Origin: Salisapilia sapeloensis CBS 127946
Lineage: Eukaryota > Protista > Oomycota
Assembly: GCA_023334545.1 (NCBI GenBank)
Contig: JAADVB010000005.1
Location: forward strand, 62,001-126,000
Length of the DNA stretch: 64,000 nucleotides
Direction of reading: 5' to 3'
In this document: piece after piece, positions 55,978-64,000 of the stretch
How positions within the stretch are numbered: position 1 is the stretch's first letter
How the letters are laid out: every line of letters begins with the position of its first letter
Notes under the pieces: model-generated
The model's database searches: none
The model's input: the letters and a program-made list of their open reading frames with translations, nothing else
What the model was told of the DNA's origin: nothing
Made by a program: the position numbers and the translations under genes

Positions 55978-57259
55978 ATGGCGACGGACTACGCTTTGGT
56001 CGATCGAATTGGCAATGGGTCTTTCGGAGAAGTTTGGAAAGCGACGAGGATCGTGGATGGAGAGACTGTCGCGATTAAAAAGCTACGAGTACCGGATGAT
56101 GAACGTTTGAAGACACTCCCAGCGGCTATCTTCCAAGAGATCGAGGCCATGCGCCAGTTGGAACACCCCAGTGTACGACTAGAGCTTTATTTTGTCCATA
56201 TCCACCTCTTAGAGCTACTTCTAGATCGTCAGGTTAGAAGGCATACACGCTGAAGACTCTTACGTGTGTCTGGTGATGGAGTACCTGCCATTGGACTTGC
56301 ACACGGTAAGACTAGTCGACGCATACATATCGGAGACTTATCTGATGAAGCGTACTGGTGGGCTGTAGGTCATACACCGAAGCAAAGTCAGGTTTGATGA
56401 AAATGAGATTCGATGCATTATGAAAATGCTTTTGGAAGCTGTCGCCTGCTGCCATCACCACTCAATCATGCACCGGGTACGGGCATACCGCTCAGGCAGA
56501 AAATTCGACCAGCTATAACTTTCTTCTACGTAGGATATAAAGCCTGGGAACCTACTGCTTCACTTGGATGGAACGATGAAGCTGAGTGACTTTGGCCTTG
56601 CTACAGTCTACGTCGGCTCCGACGTCACTTACAATCACCAAGTTGCGACGAGGTGGTATCGGGCTCCCGAACTCTTGTTTGCAAGTAGGTGCTATGACCC
56701 AAAGGTGGACATTTGGTCCGTCGGCGCCATCTTCGCCGAGTTACTTAACCATGCTCCCCTCTTTGCTGGTCTCAGTGACATCGATCAACTCAATCGTATC
56801 TTTCAAGTATTAGGGAGCATCGAAGACCAATGGCCAGTACGTTTTAAAGACTACAAGCCCAGCTGCCATCTTACACATTGTGATCCTAGGAAGTAGTTCA
56901 TCTGCCAGATTACCACAAAGTAAGCTTCCCAGAATATCGATCCATCCCATTCACAGACGTGCTCCCAGACGCGAGTAAAGATGCACTCGATCTTTTATCA
57001 CGACTCCTAGCGCTAGATCCAAATCAACGTCTTTCCGCTAGCCAGGTATAGCTCCATCTCATCCTCTTTCTCCACATTTGTCTTAATGGAAACTTTGTAG
57101 GCACTACAGCATCCTTACTTGTCCTCAACGACACCCAAACGTCTTCTCTCCTTCCCTAGCGACCTTTCTATTGTATCACCTGAAAGCAGCAACCACTCTA
57201 TTGATGAACAAGAGTGGTCTCACCTCTTCTTTAACAACCCACTCCAAGCAACAGATTGA
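55978..57259 (+). CDS. CDK20: Cyclin-dependent kinase 20 / CCRK-like (multi-exon)
   Basis: IGNGSFGEV, VAIKKL, IMHR|DIKPGNLL, KLSDFGLA, HQVATRWYRAPELLF, VDIWSVG.IFAELLN..PLF.G.SDIDQL. The HQVATRWY loop is typical of CDK20. Confidence 0.8.
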
Positions 57260-57306
57260 GACATTTAAATGCAAAAAAACTTTGTAATTCTCCATTTACC
57301 ATACCT

Positions 57307-59874
57307 CTACCTCCCATTCATCTGCGTCGCTTCTTCCATACGTTGTAACCACACATCACGTCCGACGCTCGCAGGTGCTCGAAAACGTAGCATTTCACCT
57401 GCTTCTGGCGGAACTAGCTTCATCTTCATTTCGTCCGTCCGACTCTTTTCGACCCGATAACCAGTTAATTGAATTGGACGAGCCGCCGGTTTCTCCCGCT
57501 CTTCAAAAGCACTCTTCGATCGATAGCACTTGAGCGTCCCATGGTCCAGGACGAAATAATACTGCCGCCATCGCTTCGTCATGAGGAACGCTCGACCTTC
57601 GTACCTTTCCAAGTACCCTTGGAAGACTCGATTACGATCCACCACACGTTCCCTCGTATCTTTCGTCTGCCTCATCGCCTGCACCGTACTCGCGTTGAAC
57701 GTATTTCGTTCCTGCATCGCTTGCTCCATACGCCGATGGATCTCTTCGATCTGTACCTGGACTTCATTGAATTTCTCAGAGTAAGTCGCTCGGAGCTGTG
57801 CTAGAGCCTCTTGCTGCTGCTCTGCATACACTCCGTCCCTCTTACTCATCGCTTTCATGTCATTCTTCTTCCCTTCCAAAGTCTCTTCCAGCTCATGGAC
57901 CTTATCTTCTTTCATCTCCATAACATAAGCGAATCGATCGTACTCCTTTTCACTCAAACTTTCCAATCGCTTCCTCACTGGTCCATCAAAGAACTCGAGC
58001 AAGAGTCGAGATGACATCGGACCTTTGGCTATGAAATGGTATTGAGACACCATAGCCTCGAGATTATTCTTGTACGTCAAGAGTTCAAAAGGAACTCTAG
58101 TTAATGGCGCCACTGGCTCCTTTGAGTTCGTATCGATTTGAATGACTGACATGCCGCGACTCACACGCGAGTGAGCGTTCTCTTGCTTCGACAGTTTGTC
58201 CGTCTCGGTCTTGGCGACTACGACGGAATGCAAATATCGGAGAAGTTCACCACAAAAGAAAGCTGACGCGGTCTTATTCGCAACTTCAAAACGCTCTTGT
58301 ACATGCTTAATGCGCTTCATCAAGTTCTTTTTACCGATGGAAAAGTCCAAGCGAGACGCGAGTTCAGCTAACGGCATGCGAGTGCAGTTTAAACCAGTCA
58401 CAAAGGAAGACAGAGGTTTGTTCATCTCGCCCACGGCTTCGTCATGCAACGCATCGAGCTTGTTTGTATCAAATGGCATCTTCTCGCTTTTCATATCACT
58501 AAATGCGTCTGGTACAGTGTACTCTTTTATCGGTGCATTCACTTGCTGCAATACAAGGTTCAAGTCGGTTGGAGCCGTGTCTTCCTCTACTTCCGATGGC
58601 ATGTCCTCTGGCGTTCCATTTAAGACAGTCTTTTGATTTGCTGATGGAAAGGTAGAGAAACGACTTTGGAAAGCCTTCTCAGCTCTCGTCTTGAGGTATT
58701 TGAAGATGCCAGTGTTCAGTGGTGTGTTATTGAGCGATGTGTCGCTTGTGATAGATGACGTGGAACTGGTGGGTGATGGCATCGGCTCTGTCTTCTTGAC
58801 CAAGTTACCAAACTCGTCGAATGCAGAGAATTTAGACTGTCTCGCATCGGATGTCTGACCTGTTTTCTCTAGTTTGCGTTCTGTCATGTCCACGAGGTAC
58901 TGGGCATCCACTTCCATACGTTCGTACACTTCGATACGAGCATGCATCACGTTACAATATCTAGCATATGCTTCTTGTAATAGAGCTTTCCAACACTGCA
59001 TCTGTACTTGTTCCACTAGTAGTTGTAAATTCCACTTTTCCTCGTCTTGGGAGATACAAGTCGCTAGTGCATGGCACAAAGAGGCAAACATGGACCCATT
59101 CATAAAGCGTCCGTAAAAAGCTTTCGTGTCAATATGTTCCTGTACGTGCCCAAGGACTTTGGAAGACGTCCATGGGAGTTGAGCTGATTCTGAAAACCCA
59201 GCACAAGGACGTAGACTAGAGGATTTGACGATGATACAGTCTCGAGTCGGCAGCCACTCTCCGACCATCATCTGTGCTTCCAACGCTTTCAACTCTTCCT
59301 CTGGCGTATATGCCGAATCGATGTTCTCCAAAACACTTTCAAAGTACTTGGTAGGCGATTCCGATCCATTCATGTGCTTGATCTTTAGGTCGATCGCAGC
59401 CCATGTGAGTTTCGGCATGAGTGCCTTGAGTAGATGCATTTCCTGGTCATTTTCTGGATTCTTGACAGGCTGAATAGCCTCTAGAAAGTGGGAGATGCAA
59501 GACAAAGCTTGGAAATGCCGCGTTTCCATCGGACTACCACTCACAACGATGACATGAGAGCTAAGCGCGAGGAGGAGACTTCCCCAAAAAGGTTCCGTCT
59601 GAAGGTCTACGTTTCGAAGGGTACAGACGAATGCAAAAGAGCCTTGACGCTGGACTTGGATGGGTGAACTAGATATGTAAAGACCGCGTTCGTCTACCAA
59701 ATCCGTATCGGTCGAAGCAAAGCAGTCTCCTCCACCATCTAGGACACCAACTAACGCAAATTTCTCCCGGCTGTATTTATCGCTCTCTAGTATCTCTCGA
59801 GCATTATCATGCAGGCGAATGGAGTGAAAATCATCGTCCGTGCATGTGCACAGCGGAACAAAAGCTTCCTCCAT
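57307..59874 (-). CDS. Guanylate-binding-protein-like degenerate GTPase fold + helical/coiled-coil region + C-terminal PH domain
   Basis: GBP-like segments: FALVGV, RGLYISSSP, LLLALSSHVIV, MPKLTWAAID, SPTKYFESVL, LPTRDCI, GRFMNGSMFASL. PH domain: FQGYLERYEG…KRWRQYYFVLDHGTLKCY…IQLTGY…WLQRME. The first ATG is at 59874. Confidence 0.7.
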   Translation of the reverse strand: MEEAFVPLCTCTDDDFHSIRLHDNAREILESDKYSREKFALVGVLDGGGDCFASTDTDLVDERGLYISSSPIQVQRQGSFAFVCTLRNVDLQTEPFWGSLLLALSSHVIVVSGSPMETRHFQALSCISHFLEAIQPVKNPENDQEMHLLKALMPKLTWAAIDLKIKHMNGSESPTKYFESVLENIDSAYTPEEELKALEAQMMVGEWLPTRDCIIVKSSSLRPCAGFSESAQLPWTSSKVLGHVQEHIDTKAFYGRFMNGSMFASLCHALATCISQDEEKWNLQLLVEQVQMQCWKALLQEAYARYCNVMHARIEVYERMEVDAQYLVDMTERKLEKTGQTSDARQSKFSAFDEFGNLVKKTEPMPSPTSSTSSITSDTSLNNTPLNTGIFKYLKTRAEKAFQSRFSTFPSANQKTVLNGTPEDMPSEVEEDTAPTDLNLVLQQVNAPIKEYTVPDAFSDMKSEKMPFDTNKLDALHDEAVGEMNKPLSSFVTGLNCTRMPLAELASRLDFSIGKKNLMKRIKHVQERFEVANKTASAFFCGELLRYLHSVVVAKTETDKLSKQENAHSRVSRGMSVIQIDTNSKEPVAPLTRVPFELLTYKNNLEAMVSQYHFIAKGPMSSRLLLEFFDGPVRKRLESLSEKEYDRFAYVMEMKEDKVHELEETLEGKKNDMKAMSKRDGVYAEQQQEALAQLRATYSEKFNEVQVQIEEIHRRMEQAMQERNTFNASTVQAMRQTKDTRERVVDRNRVFQGYLERYEGRAFLMTKRWRQYYFVLDHGTLKCYRSKSAFEEREKPAARPIQLTGYRVEKSRTDEMKMKLVPPEAGEMLRFRAPASVGRDVWLQRMEEATQMNGR

Positions 59875-59953
59875 GCTTGTCGTGAATTGTGTTTTACACT
59901 TGAACAAAGTATTCGGTGAACCTATCTAAGAAATTATATTTTATGCCTTTTCT

Positions 59954-62900
59954 TTAATCTTTCTTAAGATGTCGATTCCGCTGCGGACCATGTAGTCGTG
60001 CTTCGATGCGACCCAGGAGGTTCTCAGCTGAGGCTCGATGACGCATTTCGGCATGTGATGTCGCCACCGTGTCTATCTGCCATGTATGTGGCTGGTAGTC
60101 GTATTTCTCGGTCCTGGAGTTGAACTCGCCAGCTCGTTCGCCTGCTACCGTCCAGAGCGACACACTACCAAATTCGAGCACAGCAGCTAGTAGTGTCGAC
60201 TCTAACTCATGCTCTTGGTCGAATCGTACAACTTGCAGCTCTCGCACACGGAAACTCGAGTGTACTCTCCAGTAACTCACTCTTGTGATGAGCTGAGGAG
60301 GTAGGAAATCTAGCGGTGCGATACTCTCTGAATCATTCATTGCACCCGTTCGTAGCTTTTCCAAACGATCCACGAGTTTGTGCATGTCGTAGACAGCAAT
60401 TCCACTTTGGTTATCGCCTAAGCAAAGCAACTTTTTGTCGTTTGCCTCGCCACAAATCCATGCGACGGACGTTATGATACATTGTACTGCCATTCCTTTG
60501 TCTTTCGTTTGATCATGTTCCGTCAAAAACACTTTCTTTGCTTTTTCATCTACCTCTCTAGCATCTTTCCAACCGCCAACAGCTCGTTTGCGACTGCTAT
60601 GTGGAAATTCAAACACGATCTCGTATGGATACTTGGTCAATGGTGGTACGGCCGTAGAGCTCCAGATTGATACACAAGAGCTGCCATCGCCAACGCAGAC
60701 AAAGTATGGGAATGGATCTAAATACGTCAAAGATTTGACGCCAGACTCTTCATCGTTGCGAAAGCGATTCGATAGAGAAGTCAGTCGGTTCCGCGCGAGT
60801 AAAGCGCCATTCCGGAGGTTCCATACATGAACCATATTCGTTTCCGATGATGTAGTAATCATCATCTGCCGATCACATTGCGCTGCAAGACATGAAACTG
60901 GAAGCCTATTCGTAGCTGTGGAACGCGCAGCCAAAGGATACGTCTTGTCCGATTCTTGCATACAGTCTTTGAGAATGTTTAAAAGCGTGACGAAATCAAT
61001 GCATGCACCAAGACTGTCCTTTTTGTTGGTCGGCACAAGTGTCGAAGCGGAATTCGCTATCGAAGGCTTTTTGGACAGCATTTCGCGCAGCAATTTTGGT
61101 AATTTGTGCATACCGACGGCACCGCAATGGTCTCGATCTGCGCTTTGGAAGATAGTACGAAGTCGTGCAACCTCCGGGTTTCCAAAGTACCGTTCTAGAT
61201 GCTGTGGTACTTCGTACAATGAAACTCCTTCTGCGTCTTTAGAGTCTATGTGAGGTTTGTTTGGGCTTTTTATTGAGCTTGGAGCAGTCGTACGAGTTTG
61301 GTTCAGTCGTAAGATGACAGAGAAGTCAAGAGCGTTTGTGATTAAGATGCATCCAGCATCATCGCTCGATACAAGTCGATCACCTTTCTTCAGCGCCTGA
61401 ATAGCAGTCACTTCATTCGCTTCATGCACGTTTGGCTGGGAGGATAAAATAGAACCTGTCGGGATTGCTACCCGGCCAAGAGACCCGTTCGCGGTACCCA
61501 CACAGCACTCGAACCCTGTCTCTCGCTCTGCAGCACACGTCAAAGGTCCATTAATAGACACTATCGTTGAGTTGGTAAGTACTCCTGTGCCAGCATCCCA
61601 GCACTTCAGTTTCCATGGCGTTATCACCACAAACAAGTGTTGTTTGCGGTTATAAAAGAGATGCAAGACGGACGGTATCTCTTCAGTTTCCATATGTATA
61701 GTTGAGCCTCTGGTCTGCTGATGACGACCAGACATGCCGTTTGTTCCAATTTCGTGCTTATCTAGGAAATATACGGACGAGTGACCAATAGCTAGTCTCT
61801 CCGTAGATGTCATATACGTCATTGATCGCATAGACCTGCCACCAGTAACTGCTCGATTGCCATTTATGCGCTCATAATGCTCACGGCGGACGGTCTGGAC
61901 GGCAGCAAACTTCCGAAGATCCCAGATCTTGACCGTTCCTTTTTCATCTGCAGTCACGACAACATCGTCGGAGGAACTGAGCGTTTCAATACCAATGATA
62001 GGCGCGTCGTGCCCAGCTAGAAACCCAACGTTCTGCTCTAACCTTGGATTCCATACTTCAACTCGTTGATCTAACCCACCACTCACGAGATACCCGCTGC
62101 TTTGACAGTAAGCTAGCTGCGTCACGACTTTGCCTCGCCCACGCAGTGTCTTCGTCAAGCGGTTACTATTCAGGTCGATCATGTAGATATTGCCATCCAT
62201 ACTGGCATTTGCTAGCTGTGTAATGGGATCTAACACGAGCATTTTTGTCGTCACTGCACTTCCTTTGCTGAAAAAGGTGTTTAAACAAGTCAAGGTCTCG
62301 GTATTCCACGTGTGTACTTGACCCGTGGAACTGGAAGAGTACAAGATTGGAAAACAAGTATCATTGTGAGCAGCTAGTGTTCGTTGGGGAGATTCGGTTG
62401 GAATCTGTTGCTCAATCTCGAGCTGTTCCACATCGTAAAAAGTTAAGACTGGGGAAGTAGATGCAGTCACAAATGCTCGATGATTGGAAGAATAGGCGAC
62501 GTCCAGTACAAAGTGACTAGAACGCGATATATATCGTTAGCATGGTAAGTTCGATGATAGATTGGTGCTTAATACCTTGAGTGCAGTGATGTATGGGATT
62601 CAAGCTTGCAGCTAGCTGGGTTCATAACTTGGAAGCCTCTTGCTTTCTCGCTGAAGATAACCATCTTGTCTGGTTCATGAAAGTATTTCTACAAGAACAT
62701 ACATATCAAGCAAAGATTTTGTCATAAGCGCGATCAAAGTACCATGTTCAATAGCTCTGTCGTCAATTTACATACTGGAGGAGCAGAGTCCGGTACAAAC
62801 TATTTGCATACAAAATTTATTATTTGAGCACGCCAAGTATCGTTGTATCGCTGGTACCTTGGGAGTAGATTGGACATCCGACGCTAGTTTGAGCAGTTAG

Positions 62901-63806
62901 TAAACGTACATGAGTGGTGTTGCAAAGATTGGTTCTACCTTGAGATTGAGCAAGAAAGTCACTGAAACGATCCCAGGAAAGAGTGCCCTTCGTATTGATC
63001 TCTGCTTGATGAAATAGACATTGCAGCCGACTCACCAAGATCACCTGCAGGTACATGTGCTTTAAATAAACGGCATTGAAAGCTAGTATTATGTCACGTA
63101 CACGATCACTCTGTTGTATCTTCTCTTTTGGAAGTGCGCCTAAGAACTCTGCTACAAATTGCTCTTCATCCATCATACCATACTCTTCGAAAGCTTGCTG
63201 AAGACTCCTTAAGCCATCCATATCTGTTCAAATCTAAGATACATCTCCATCTATTCATCAATTCCAAATGTACCTAGCCAAGAGAGGACCGTTTCCAACG
63301 AGATTTTCTCACGTGCGTCCGACTTGTCTGAAAGTTGATTTCCTCCAGTGCATTGGGAACCACAGTCTAGGACATTCTTCACGACGCGTTGTTTCCGTTG
63401 CTGACGACCGCATTTCTGGCGTGGAGAGTGCTCAATTGCATGCTCCATTGCAAAGTCCATGACATCATTAGATGACTCCGATTGAGGCAAGGCAAGTTTG
63501 CTAAGATCTCGCAGTATTGGCAACCCTTGAATTTGAGGAAAGTAACTCGTGGTTTTGGCCAGCACCTTTTCGGCGTTTAAACCACTCCTCTTCATAGGCA
63601 CACTCGGGACGATGTCGAAAGTAGCGATAGGTTTTTTCGTTGACTTCCATTTCCACTGAATCTGTGTCCAGATGAGCAAAAGATGACAAGAAACAAATCA
63701 AACATCAAACCTGCTTCAATTGGTGTATCTTTCTTGAGTCATTCAAAAAACCCTTGGACTTGTCTCCTGGCGTTGATGCCAATGGCCGCTGAGGCAATTT
63801 GCTCAT
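59954..63806 (-). CDS. EF-hand + WD40-repeat protein (WDR49/EFCAB8-like), multi-exon
   Basis: First exon MSKLPQRPL…HQLKQ|IQWKWKS…; EF-hand-like LFHQAEINTKGTLSWDRFSDFL; WD40 repeats (LVSGGLDQRVEVWNP, VVTADEKGTVKIWDLR); internal EF-hand LRTIFQSADRDHCGAVG. An Inr-like CTCATTTTCC lies just upstream of the ATG. Confidence 0.65.
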
Positions 63807-63927
63807 CTTTCACTTGTTGATGAGGAAAATGAGGGAGTAATATCTCAAACATAAAGTAAAAATAGAATACTGATATCGTTTGCAACCGCTTCTCATGTTG
63901 CTTGCGCTTGCTTTAGTTTATACAAGT

Positions 63928-64000
63928 CTAGACTTCCGGTTCTAGTGTCTGATGATCCGTTTTTTCTAAGATATCTGCTGCTTGCATCTTCCAATCGCGG
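63928..64000 (-). CDS. Possible 3' end of a gene entering from beyond the window
   Basis: Open frame RDWKMQAADILEKTDHQTLEPEV* ending at 63928. A second frame is also open, so the assignment is ambiguous. Confidence 0.25.
   Translation of the reverse strand, partial: RDWKMQAADILEKTDHQTLEPEV

Noticed and set aside
16440-63806. Flagellar gene cluster (WDR35, CDK20-like, WD40/EF-hand)
   Set aside because: The genes are widely separated, and this density is expected by chance in a flagellated organism.
1-64000. CRISPR arrays, rRNA, intact LTR or DNA transposons
   Set aside because: No regularly spaced direct repeats, rRNA signatures, RT/integrase/transposase motifs or terminal repeats were seen.

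Overview
Gene-dense, intron-containing eukaryotic DNA with short GT-AG introns, mostly about 45-90 nt. It is most likely an oomycete or related flagellated stramenopile, inferred from an oomycete-type Inr+FPR promoter motif, the IFT-A gene WDR35 and the gene-family content. About 30 protein-coding genes plus one U2 snRNA gene can be supported. Recognisable genes are BET3, FAN/NSMAF-like BEACH-WD40, LSm6, TMEM18, NAPRT, homocysteine S-methyltransferase, ACBP-ankyrin, WDR35/IFT121, a PPR protein, GH30, shugoshin, a CaMK, RMI1, a GSTCD-type methyltransferase, SAM synthetase, Vps39-like, PI4KIII-beta-like, a FET-type RRM protein, CDC50, CDK20-like and an EF-hand/WD40 protein. I saw no CRISPR array, rRNA, complete tRNA or intact transposon. 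The most unusual items appear only after manual splicing: (1) a PI4-kinase whose first exon encodes four predicted transmembrane helices; (2) a shugoshin with two SGO motifs, each split by an intron at the identical position; (3) an IQ-SAP-RCC1-Zn-finger protein ending in six tandem IQ+WW modules; (4) a GBP-like pseudo-GTPase fused to a PH domain; (5) a winged-helix/CorA-like two-TM protein of unknown function; (6) a double MAPR-type cytochrome-b5 plus ankyrin protein. All family calls come from motif recognition by eye, and no database search was run.
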